Numbered from the stretch's first letter, positions 19,051 to 27,289 are shown. The stretch is DNA of 32,000 bases from Aliivibrio fischeri ES114 (GCF_000011805.1 NC_006840.2), one strand, 5' to 3'. Notes: generated by a model not told the origin, from the letters alone. Numbers and translations: made by a program.

Positions 19051-19077
19051 CTGAGACGGTCAATTTGACCGTCTCAG
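19051..19077. repeat. 27-bp perfect palindrome P-b (probable terminator of the tail operon and/or operator)
   Basis: CTGAGACGGTCAA-T-TTGACCGTCTCAG, 17 nt downstream of the tape-measure stop. It abuts a perfect minus-strand TATAAT (19050-19045). The 15-nt core CGGTCAATTTGACCG recurs at 18348-18362. Confidence 0.8.
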
Positions 19078-19093
19078 TAACTTCAGTGAAATT

Positions 19094-20980
19094 CTAATAA
19101 CTCATGCTCATATTGCCGAGATTCAAATTTAAATCCGTGCCCTTTTCGCTTGTTACTTTATCCACGCTTACTTGCTTATCTGATTTAATTGTTAAACTGA
19201 CTTCTGATTGACTTCTTACGGTTTGATTTGTTAACGGTGCCGCTTTTGACATTGGAATAATATTGCCTGATAAACTTTGCTGCTGGGCCGTTGCTGAACT
19301 CGTGGTCGTTTGATTCACGGTTTCATCGGTTGTGATCCCAAGCTTGGCATTTTTATCTTTCAGGCTTGCCATCTTATCTTTGATTTTATCAACCTCAGCC
19401 CCTGCAGCATCCGCTGATGTTTTCCAACCATCTGGAATAAGAGAATCCGGTAACATATTAAATAGAGACTTGATACCATCTATCACCCCGCCAATACATG
19501 ATCTAACTACATTAAATATCGGTTCCAAGAGTTCTAATTTATCTAACAAATAAATTATACCAACTACTGCACCGCCAATTGCCGCCACCATCATCCCAAT
19601 TGGGTTTGCCATTATGACGGCATTAATTCCAATCAATGCAATTTTTACTATGGCGAGTGTAGCTAATATCCCTTTAAAGTTTTCAGACACAAACAGAATA
19701 ACGTTACCCAAAAACTTAAACGCATTGATGGTACCCGTTACCGTATCTCTCAACTTTGCTACCGCTTCATCTCTCCATTCTGTGTTTTTCATGTTCGTGG
19801 CCAGCGTGCCAAACATTACTGACAATTCTTTCATGATAGGAGTAAGCGCATGGATTTTTAAAGACTCAACAATAATCCCCATGGTTTTTATTGTTGAAGT
19901 GAACTCTGCAGCGCTCTTTGTTGATTCTTCACTAACTGGCCCACCTGTTTCTTGTAATTGTTGCCTCGCTTTATCTAACCCATCCGTTCCTGATTTAAGA
20001 ACGGCGAGCATTTTCTCACTGTCTCCACCAAAGAACTCATCAGCCATAAAGTTTTGCTTTGCGACATCTTTCTCTGCAGATATTTCACGAACTAATACTT
20101 GATAGGCTTCCATTGAGTTTTTTGCGTTTTTTAAATCTTCATACGCTTTTTGATTACCAGTATCTTTGAAGTAATCATTCATTGAACCTGAGCCAAAAGA
20201 TTTCATCTCACCCCAGCGCAATGTCATTTCTTTTAATGCGGCATCCATATCACCCGCTTCGGCATTAACCCCTTTCGCTTGAAGCCTTAGTGCTTGCAAC
20301 TCACCCACTGGCATGCTGATGTCTCTTGCTGCACTTGATAATTCATTTATCTTATCTGCAGTTTCTGTGACTGCTGCACCAACCCCCGCTAACGAACCAA
20401 TCATAGCAATACTGCCAACTGCCATGCCTTGGCTCTTTTCAAAACTAGGCATCTTAATAGATTTACTTAAACGATTTAGCGGTGACATTGTGGCTTGTAA
20501 TCGTTCATATCGCTTGCTAACAACATCAATTCGCTTTGCGTGATGTAACTGACTTTTAGATAAGCGGTCAAACTCATTATCTAACTTACTAACATCTACC
20601 CCTGTTTTTTGCATTCGCTTACTGGTGTCATGAAGGGCATTTTCATAGGCCTTATGATTATCAGCAAGCTTATCCACTTTCTCTTGTTGCTTTACTAGCT
20701 TATTAGTTAGTGCTGCACTTGGCTCGTCTGTTTCCGCCATTTGCTGTTTAAGTTTAAGTAAGGCTTCGGCTGCGGCTTCTCCCTCTAATGCGTTTTTATC
20801 CAGCTCTTTTTGTATTTGTTGATATGATGCGATCATCGTTAATGCGGCCGAATCATCCGATTGCGCTTGCTGAATCGACTTGATTTTTTTCGCATAATAA
20901 TCTGAATCACTGCTCATGGTTTTTAATGGCTTTGTTGTTTTGTTTACAACATCCATTACAACCGATAAATTCATTTTCAT
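19094..20980 (-). CDS. Phage tail tape measure protein
   Basis: 628 aa. Long alpha-helical coiled-coil N-terminus, central hydrophobic segments (ILATLAIVKIALIGINAVIMANPIGMMVAAIGGAVVGIIYLL). Positioned immediately after the gpE/E' chaperone pair. AGGAAA SD. Confidence 0.85.
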   Translation of the reverse strand: MKMNLSVVMDVVNKTTKPLKTMSSDSDYYAKKIKSIQQAQSDDSAALTMIASYQQIQKELDKNALEGEAAAEALLKLKQQMAETDEPSAALTNKLVKQQEKVDKLADNHKAYENALHDTSKRMQKTGVDVSKLDNEFDRLSKSQLHHAKRIDVVSKRYERLQATMSPLNRLSKSIKMPSFEKSQGMAVGSIAMIGSLAGVGAAVTETADKINELSSAARDISMPVGELQALRLQAKGVNAEAGDMDAALKEMTLRWGEMKSFGSGSMNDYFKDTGNQKAYEDLKNAKNSMEAYQVLVREISAEKDVAKQNFMADEFFGGDSEKMLAVLKSGTDGLDKARQQLQETGGPVSEESTKSAAEFTSTIKTMGIIVESLKIHALTPIMKELSVMFGTLATNMKNTEWRDEAVAKLRDTVTGTINAFKFLGNVILFVSENFKGILATLAIVKIALIGINAVIMANPIGMMVAAIGGAVVGIIYLLDKLELLEPIFNVVRSCIGGVIDGIKSLFNMLPDSLIPDGWKTSADAAGAEVDKIKDKMASLKDKNAKLGITTDETVNQTTTSSATAQQQSLSGNIIPMSKAAPLTNQTVRSQSEVSLTIKSDKQVSVDKVTSEKGTDLNLNLGNMSMSY

Positions 20981-21003
20981 ATTTTTTCCTAAAATGTAGA
21001 TAT

Positions 21004-21028
21004 AAAAAAAGAGAGCTAAGTGCTCTCT
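21004..21028 (-). terminator. Intrinsic-terminator-like hairpin between gpE' and the tape-measure gene
   Basis: Minus strand: AGAGAGC-ACTTA-GCTCTCT followed by TTTTTT. The E' stop codon TAG lies in the loop. It ends ~24 nt before the tape-measure ATG. Confidence 0.45.
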
Positions 21029-21425
21029 TGTTGGTGTCGAACTCGCGCTTCTTCTCGAAATAAAATTAAATCGCTTAAGCTGAGTTTATCTATTTCACTT
21101 GGCTGCCAATGAAACACCACTGCTAGGTCGGCGTAATACGTTTCAACCCGCTCAATTAGCGCTTCATATCCACGAAAAAAGAGGCTATTTCCGTCATTAA
21201 TGGGGCGAAGTTTTCAGTCTCCATATTCAAAATATCTCGCTCATTTAATTCGGAGATACGAGGAAGTAAGATATATACCGCATCAAAATGCATTTCACAT
21301 ACCTGGACTAAATTCAAACCACGCAGATCACCAGCTGTCGGTTTGCGAAGCTCTAACTCTGATACTTCTTTACCATCCACTTCCATCGGTGTTGCCAGTT
21401 TTACTTTGAACATTTTATTACTCAT
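21016..21425 (-). CDS. Tail assembly chaperone gpE+E'-like fusion made by programmed -1 frameshift
   Basis: Slippery heptamer T_TTT_TTC at 21180-21174 (minus), near the end of gpE. The -1 frame continues open as RGYEALIERVETYYADLAVVFHWQPSEIDKLSLSDLILFREEARVRHQQEST-stop (TAG at 21018-21016). The position equals that of the P2 TTTTTTG site. Confidence 0.7.
21156..21425 (-). CDS. Tail assembly chaperone gpE-like (zero-frame product)
   Basis: 89 aa. ...ELELRKPTAGDLRGLNLVQV...LLPRISELNERDILNMETENFAPLMTEIASFF parallels remembered P2 gpE (LMKPSAGTLRGVSL...LPRMT...VVGFL). The start overlaps the upstream gene stop. Confidence 0.8.
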   Translation of the reverse strand: MSNKMFKVKLATPMEVDGKEVSELELRKPTAGDLRGLNLVQVCEMHFDAVYILLPRISELNERDILNMETENFAPLMTEIASFFVDMKR

Positions 21426-22125
21426 GCCCTAACGCCTCTTTTAATTCTTTTACTCGGATTTTACGTCCGCCTTTATTTGGATCAATGGCCATCACGACTT
21501 CATACAATGCCAATGCTTCTTCGTTCATTTCAGCATCAAACAGTAGATCACCCGCGAGGCGAAACATTTTCACTTTTAGTGGTGCATTAGTAGCAAGTTT
21601 GCCTTCCAGCACATCGTTAACCGCACCACTTAACAACGCCGTGTTAAACGTTTTTTTGGCTTTATACGCTTCTTCTGAATATTTAAAAACAATATCACAA
21701 TACGCAGTTTGTCCATTTGACTTCCAATTTGCAGGGGTATTTAACCCACTCAAAATGGCCGCTTTAAAATCATCATGAATTTGCAATAAGAAACCACAAT
21801 CCACTTGCCACTGATAAAACCACCAAACTACATCAAGCCCTTCCAGATTATTGCCATGTGACTTGAGCAACTTGTTTATCAGTGGGGTGTATTTTTTTAT
21901 GAGTTCTTTTTTAAATGGCACTTTTTCGTTAGAACCAGCGAGCGTTCTTGAGTATTCCAAATCCATTTTTAAAATATTCTGGATCTCATCCCACGGCTTT
22001 TCTTCTAGCGGCGCTCTTGGTGCTGGTGTCAATTCGGCTTCTACTCGTTCCATTTCATTTAATTGGACTTGGTGAATATCTTGCTTTGCCGTTCGAGCCT
22101 TTCGTTTCAATAATAACGTGTACAT
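21418..22125 (-). CDS. gpM-like terminase small (endonuclease) subunit, in an atypical position
   Basis: 235 aa. By eye the pattern parallels remembered P2 gpM: K.ELI....P.....L......L.....WW...W..D.G.......D.......GL..P and a C-terminal ...LKVKMFRLAGDLL....EEAL.LY..........G.K.RVKELKEAL. This rests only on memory of the Phage_term_smal family. Confidence 0.5.
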   Translation of the reverse strand: MYTLLLKRKARTAKQDIHQVQLNEMERVEAELTPAPRAPLEEKPWDEIQNILKMDLEYSRTLAGSNEKVPFKKELIKKYTPLINKLLKSHGNNLEGLDVVWWFYQWQVDCGFLLQIHDDFKAAILSGLNTPANWKSNGQTAYCDIVFKYSEEAYKAKKTFNTALLSGAVNDVLEGKLATNAPLKVKMFRLAGDLLFDAEMNEEALALYEVVMAIDPNKGGRKIRVKELKEALGHE

Positions 22126-22141
22126 ATCACCCCCATTTTTA

Positions 22142-22507
22142 TTATTGAGATATTAATTCATAGCCGTAAAACGTCACTTCTAACTGACCATCTTTAACAC
22201 TTAACTCCAACGGATCACCAACCCACGCATTCATTAATGTGTAGCTTTTTCCGCTGTTTGTGTTTAGCGTGAGGTTTTCACCTGTAAAATTTCGGATGTC
22301 CTCTTCATCCGTCGTTTTAGCGTGAGCAATTGTTACTTTAATGAATGGGGCACCATCAAACACTTCACCATGCCCCAACACGCCAGAGTCGCCCATTACT
22401 GGCTCTCGCTTTAAACCACCAAAATTAATTGTTGCGCCTTCTTTGGTTGGTAATCGTCCTAATGAACCGGCATCTAAAAAACCACGCGATGTGATTACTG
22501 TACTCAT
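22142..22507 (-). CDS. Phage tail tube protein
   Basis: 121 aa, directly downstream of the sheath gene. Size and sequence style (…GGLKREPVMGDSGVLGHGEVFDGAPFIKVTI…) fit the short Mu-type tube family. Confidence 0.75.
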   Translation of the reverse strand: MSTVITSRGFLDAGSLGRLPTKEGATINFGGLKREPVMGDSGVLGHGEVFDGAPFIKVTIAHAKTTDEEDIRNFTGENLTLNTNSGKSYTLMNAWVGDPLELSVKDGQLEVTFYGYELISQ

Positions 22508-22532
22508 AACTTACTCCAAGAAACTCATTGAG

Positions 22533-23666
22533 TTACTTTCTAAATTGAATCTTACCTGCGGTAATAATCAAACCATTGATAAATTGAGGGCTGTCCTGAT
22601 AATTAATTCGGCTTTTATTGTTTGTATCTAACTCAACAATTAACGATTTCTTATAGCCTTCAAAATCTTGAACAATACCTTGATACTCTAATTCTTTATA
22701 AAGCGTTAACAGTGCGCCCTTGATCATGCTTGGGGTAGCAATGACTTGCCCAGGCGCAAAGTTGGTTCCGTCTTTCGCTAATTTATGACGACCATATTTG
22801 CTTTGAATTAATGAACGTTGCTTTTGTCGAAAATACATTGCTGTGGCTGGTGTCATTAGATCTAAATAACTGTTATCAGCCACGCCTGCTGCGTTTTCTG
22901 TGTATGCCGTTACTGGACGCTCAACCATGACTTCACGAGCGGATGAAACGGCGTAAGTTCCCATACCTTCATGCAGCAATAAGTTGCGTTCTGCCCAGTC
23001 GAACTCATTTGCAGCAATAGAGTAAACACCGTTTAGCTTTAATGTTTGCAATGGGCGACAAGGATCATTAGCTAACGATGGGGCAATTTGTCCGGCCCAT
23101 GCTGCCAATGCTTCTGCTTCACTCAATTCGGTATTCGCTGAATCACCTACATCATTGATTGACATAAAACCAATTAATGGGCAGTTAGATTTTGAACCAA
23201 ATGTCACTAGCTCGGCGTGATTGGCTTTTTTGGCTAAATACGCAATACCAGGGATCATTTGCAACGCTTCATAACGTTTATCCAAAAACTCACCCAACTG
23301 GCGAATACTGGCATCGTCGTTTAATGAACAGATAATGTGATGATATTGCTTATCACCCAACGCAGCTAAAGCGCTAACTAAATCCGAACCTTCAACGCTA
23401 ACCGCATAAATCGGCATGCTTTCGTTTTGCTTAGTGAAGTATTTCAGCATTTTAGTGATGTCTGATTCACCAAACTGATCACGAGCTGAATCTTCATTCA
23501 TGCAAAGTACCACGGTATTTGCTGCCACTTTCGCATCAGCAATCGCATTACCAATCACAAGAACAAGCTGTTGGTCTTCTGCACTGTTTGCCTGGCTATT
23601 ATCAATTTCAATATAAACACCGGGTACTAATGCATTATTTGGAACTTCACTAAAACTAATGCTCAT
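22533..23666 (-). CDS. Phage contractile tail sheath protein
   Basis: 377 aa. The N-terminus MSISFSEVPNNALVPGVYIEIDNS is typical of sheath proteins. A tube gene follows. Confidence 0.82.
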   Translation of the reverse strand: MSISFSEVPNNALVPGVYIEIDNSQANSAEDQQLVLVIGNAIADAKVAANTVVLCMNEDSARDQFGESDITKMLKYFTKQNESMPIYAVSVEGSDLVSALAALGDKQYHHIICSLNDDASIRQLGEFLDKRYEALQMIPGIAYLAKKANHAELVTFGSKSNCPLIGFMSINDVGDSANTELSEAEALAAWAGQIAPSLANDPCRPLQTLKLNGVYSIAANEFDWAERNLLLHEGMGTYAVSSAREVMVERPVTAYTENAAGVADNSYLDLMTPATAMYFRQKQRSLIQSKYGRHKLAKDGTNFAPGQVIATPSMIKGALLTLYKELEYQGIVQDFEGYKKSLIVELDTNNKSRINYQDSPQFINGLIITAGKIQFRK

Positions 23667-23833
23667 TATTCGGTTTCCTTTATTTTTTTTGTTTTAACAA
23701 TTCCGACTGACCCTTCTTTTAGACGGCGTAACCAATAGATGTTTCTTGGCTTTTCTTCCCCTGTCTTTTTTAATGGCTGTCGTGTTTCAGGATCACGGAC
23801 AAGCAATCCTTTTACTGGCTTTAGTGTTAGCAT
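23666..23833 (-). CDS. Small conserved phage protein upstream of sheath (55 aa, not in ORF track; DUF2635-like, tentative)
   Basis: Hand translation: MLTLKPVKGLLVRDPETRQPLKKTGEEKPRNIYWLRRLKEGSVGIVKTKKIKETE. The ATG abuts the upstream stop (TAAATG) and its stop overlaps the sheath ATG (TAATG), indicating translational coupling. Confidence 0.6.
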   Translation of the reverse strand: MLTLKPVKGLLVRDPETRQPLKKTGEEKPRNIYWLRRLKEGSVGIVKTKKIKETE

Positions 23834-24355
23834 TTAACTCTCCACGCTTGCTTTGTAATGTTCGGCCACCATGGCAAGCAACTCTCGCTCAAACGATGGT
23901 GTCCAACCGATGATGGTTCGCTTTGGCATTTTATAGTTTCGTTTTACGGCTGTTCCGCCTTCCCATCGACTGGTGTTTGAATTGTAGAAACCATTCACTC
24001 TCGTCGTGAACGAAACGCTTTTACCTTCATTGTGAACTCTGGCCATATTGCCAACTACGCCAGCCAAACCCACTTCAAAGTCATCTTTACTTACTCTGGT
24101 TCTTAATGCGCGACCAAACCCAAGCAGCATGTTTTTATTGTCTTTCGCTTTTTTGCTCTTGCTGTCTAATGTGATTTTTCGTCTGGCTCTTTTCTTATAA
24201 GCTTTACCATCAATATCACGCTGCTGTCGGATCTGCTGCCTAAAGAACTGCCGAGAACGGTTGGCCAATCGTCGATTTAATTCAAATGCTTCTGCATCGG
24301 TTAACAGCAAGTTGTTAATTGCATGGCTTAATTGCTCTGGGCTAGTTAACTGCAT
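23834..24355 (-). CDS. Phage virion morphogenesis / tail completion protein (gpS / Mu G type)
   Basis: 173 aa. The N-terminal ...LNRRLANRSRQFFRQQIRQQRDIDGKAYKK... pattern fits the Phage_tail_S family. Positioned after the gpR-like gene. Confidence 0.65.
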   Translation of the reverse strand: MQLTSPEQLSHAINNLLLTDAEAFELNRRLANRSRQFFRQQIRQQRDIDGKAYKKRARRKITLDSKSKKAKDNKNMLLGFGRALRTRVSKDDFEVGLAGVVGNMARVHNEGKSVSFTTRVNGFYNSNTSRWEGGTAVKRNYKMPKRTIIGWTPSFERELLAMVAEHYKASVES

Positions 24356-24819
24356 GATGCTGGTAAATCCTTAGGCCCATTAATGAACTGAAGTGATAGT
24401 AAATCCTCTTCTACCACCGCCTCTTCAAATTGACTGACACACTCGTATCGAATGCCATTTTGCAACCAACTGCCCTTTTCATTTTCAATAAGCGAATAGG
24501 ACTCTTGGATATCAATACGCAACTTAATATCGCACTTGCCTTTATCTAACAGTTCTGTCGCAAAGGATGGTGGTGCTAACCCTTTTTCTTCACGGGCCAC
24601 ATCATATTTATTAAGCCAGGCGATCAGATGCATCATTAAAATATGCGGTTGAATCTCTGCTGAATAGATATCAACCAAAACGGTATAAGCAATATCGAAT
24701 CCATCAACAATCAAGCCTTGGGTACATATCAACTCGCCATCTTCTGCCCACACGTTTAAGTGTTTAGGTTCAGTAACATGATGGGCAAATAACTCACTTA
24801 AACTTTGCAGCGCTTTCAT
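24346..24819 (-). CDS. Tail completion protein gpR-like
   Basis: 157 aa. ...LNVWAEDGEL......YTVLVDIYSAEIQPHILMMHLIAWLNKY.......G.....F....LDKGKCDIKLRIDIQE parallels remembered P2 gpR. The TAATG overlap with the upstream gene suggests coupling. Confidence 0.6.
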   Translation of the reverse strand: MKALQSLSELFAHHVTEPKHLNVWAEDGELICTQGLIVDGFDIAYTVLVDIYSAEIQPHILMMHLIAWLNKYDVAREEKGLAPPSFATELLDKGKCDIKLRIDIQESYSLIENEKGSWLQNGIRYECVSQFEEAVVEEDLLSLQFINGPKDLPASCS

Positions 24820-25268
24820 TACACCACCGCAAAAAAGTAGGTTTCTTTACCGTTAAGCAATAAATCAATCGCACGACGATATTGAACTAATGCATGATCA
24901 GCTTTTGCTTGAATGGCCTCTTGTCTGTCTGCCGCCTCTTTTGTGGCATTCATGCTTAATTGATTGTTAATAATGGCATTCGCAGCTAATGAAAATACAG
25001 CTTGTTTGTATAACAGCGTTCCTGTTTGTGTTTCACCAAACCGCTCCATTGATAACGCATCCAGTGTTTTAAATGGTGTTATGGTTTCCATTAGTTCACG
25101 ATTTACTGTCACTCTCGCAACGGTTGCATTGTGTAAAATTCCCGCTTCTGTTTCATCGCTCAAAAAATGAAACACACGCTGAAACTCTGATATTGCTAGT
25201 TCTGGATAGATATCTGTCTTTGGTAGCACCGATGCATATTCTTCGTCTTTATTTCCAACAAACTGCAT
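24819..25268 (-). CDS. Head completion/stabilisation protein gpL-like
   Basis: 149 aa. The pattern F.RVFHF......A.......A...VNREL.........L............LYKQAVFSLAAN parallels remembered P2 gpL. It is the first gene after the capsid gene. Confidence 0.6.
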   Translation of the reverse strand: MQFVGNKDEEYASVLPKTDIYPELAISEFQRVFHFLSDETEAGILHNATVARVTVNRELMETITPFKTLDALSMERFGETQTGTLLYKQAVFSLAANAIINNQLSMNATKEAADRQEAIQAKADHALVQYRRAIDLLLNGKETYFFAVV

Positions 25269-25379
25269 AAGAACCTCGTTAGGTGCAGGCTAAACACTTA
25301 GCTAATAGCAAAACATAAACTCTTTTGATAAAGCGGTGTTTGCCTGCATGGGGGGTGTACTTTTATTGAATCAGTGTGG

Positions 25380-26414
25380 TTATACCCACGCGCCATCAAT
25401 CCATAATTTCACGTTATCAAACTCAAGCGCTGCGGCTTTTGCTAACTGCTCAACAACATAAGCCATGTTCATTGATTCAAAGTTTTCAATTTGATCACGC
25501 TTATCATTCTTTACTGCAACAGAGCGTCGAATTGAATCTTTTTGAATGTAAAGAGAAAGGTTCTTAAAGCTTGTGACAAAAATCCCTGTTGGCGGGAACG
25601 ATGGCGGACAGAACGCAGGTAAACCGCCGTAAGTGCCGATCACTTGTTTGTCTTCAATTAATGACTTCTCACTCGGCGTGTTGCCGTGTGCTGTATAAAA
25701 TTTAGCTTTATCGTATGCAAGAAGATCAGAACCAATCAGGGCTACTAAATCATTTGCATTTGCGCATTCATCAGCAAGTAATCCCTTCACGTTCATCACG
25801 GCCAAATCAAGATTAATAAAATCACCGCCTTCACCAATGCGAATTTCGTTTGCGGTTTCACCTTGAGTCAACATTGCATCAGGATTGTTGTCACGAATGG
25901 CTTGGAACCAACCTTTACAAACATCTTCACCATTCGGGTTTGCTGATGCATCTGTATCTTCTGCACAAGATTTGCCATACCAACCGATAGTCACTTTATT
26001 CATGTCGATTTGCTCTCGCGTTTGCGAGTTAATGAGCTGATTAAAATTAGGGAGGTGCGCAAACGCATCTAACTGCTCGTAACGAATGTGCGAATCAAAA
26101 TCCACCTTTTCACACAAATACGGCATCGGCTTCATGTTGTATACCGCTTTCGTTTGGCGCTCTTTGCCTGCTTTTGTGTTTGTTCGGCTCGCAATCATTC
26201 CTGTCACGCCAAGGCCAATCGCTTCACCTTTTTGGTTGCTTACTGGCACAATATTAATTTTACCCAGCAACCAATTTCGCTCACGAATTTGAGCAATGAT
26301 TTTTTGAGCGCCATTAGGCGTAACATTAAATTTTTCAGTTACATCTGATACGTTATTTGATGCAGCAACGGCTTTTTTATAACCCTCTACTGCTAATTTT
26401 GTTTTCTTTTGCAT
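25380..26414 (-). CDS. Major capsid protein, P2 gpN family
   Basis: 344 aa, immediately downstream of the gpO-like scaffold gene. Size and position match P2 N. Confidence 0.8.
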   Translation of the reverse strand: MQKKTKLAVEGYKKAVAASNNVSDVTEKFNVTPNGAQKIIAQIRERNWLLGKINIVPVSNQKGEAIGLGVTGMIASRTNTKAGKERQTKAVYNMKPMPYLCEKVDFDSHIRYEQLDAFAHLPNFNQLINSQTREQIDMNKVTIGWYGKSCAEDTDASANPNGEDVCKGWFQAIRDNNPDAMLTQGETANEIRIGEGGDFINLDLAVMNVKGLLADECANANDLVALIGSDLLAYDKAKFYTAHGNTPSEKSLIEDKQVIGTYGGLPAFCPPSFPPTGIFVTSFKNLSLYIQKDSIRRSVAVKNDKRDQIENFESMNMAYVVEQLAKAAALEFDNVKLWIDGAWV

Positions 26415-26476
26415 TATTTAAAATCCACTATTTTTTTAGAATAAAAAGAGAAGGAGAAAGATCACTAAACGACTAT

Positions 26477-27289
26477 TTATAAATACTCAGTATCGCCATC
26501 GACACCCGCTAGATTTCGATTTGGTTCATCAGTGATGTTGCTTAGTTTGGTTACCACATCGTCTAACTTAGTCGATAACGCATCCACTTTTTCTGCCAAC
26601 TCTGTTTCATTATTTTCTTCTTCAACAGGGGCACTTTCTTCTTTGTTAAGCGTTGCTGCTAAACTTGTTACCTGAGCTGTCAATGCGGTAACCGCTGCAG
26701 TTTGTGCTTGCAGTAATTCTTTTAATTCTTCGTTCATGTCTTCACTCTCTTCTAATGATTGAGTTTTATCCGGCTCACCTAAGCTCAGGAGTTGTTTAAG
26801 TCTCGACAAGAATTTACGGTCTTCTTGTACGTCTACGTCAATATTGTTTGATAAATCATCTTTGCTGATGGTCGCCCCACTGCTGAAGTACGATTTATCT
26901 TTGTTTTTTTCTTTTGCTGATAAGTGCATTTCAGTCGTACCGACGGAGGCGGGCTCATCGGTCAATGCCAATCCGGTCAAGTAGCTTTTACCCGTCCCCT
27001 GAAAATTCGCTCGAATTTCACATGAGGTATGAAGCAACTGCCCTTTTTCAATTGTGCTCAGCAAAAGTGAATTTGGCTTTAACACTGCGAATAACTGATC
27101 ATCTCGTTTTTCAACTGAAAGGACTGAACCAAACTTATCACTCCATGACCAATGTTCTTCATTGATTCGAGCGTTATAGCGTTTTGGGTCATACGTCTCT
27201 GCAATATCATCAATGACAGATTGTTCAATATTACGACCGTCTACCGTTGGCCCTGCTGTTAAGATGCAAATCGGCTCTGATACAAACAT
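26477..27289 (-). CDS. Capsid scaffolding protein/protease, P2 gpO family
   Basis: 270 aa. ...GPTVDGRNIEQSVIDDIAETYDPKRYNARINEEH...TSCEIRANFQGTGKSYLTGLALTDEPASVGT parallels P2 gpO (DGRVISAQDIQEMAETFDPRVYGCRINLEH...[31 protein letters not shown]). Confidence 0.88.
   Translation of the reverse strand: MFVSEPICILTAGPTVDGRNIEQSVIDDIAETYDPKRYNARINEEHWSWSDKFGSVLSVEKRDDQLFAVLKPNSLLLSTIEKGQLLHTSCEIRANFQGTGKSYLTGLALTDEPASVGTTEMHLSAKEKNKDKSYFSSGATISKDDLSNNIDVDVQEDRKFLSRLKQLLSLGEPDKTQSLEESEDMNEELKELLQAQTAAVTALTAQVTSLAATLNKEESAPVEEENNETELAEKVDALSTKLDDVVTKLSNITDEPNRNLAGVDGDTEYL

Noticed and set aside
19332-20543. Plus-strand ORFs of 73, 162 and 76 aa inside the tape-measure gene
   Set aside because: These are antisense shadow frames of a long, compositionally biased coding region. 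They are Ser/Thr/Leu/Phe-rich with no RBS or promoter, and the minus-strand TMP reading frame is continuous.
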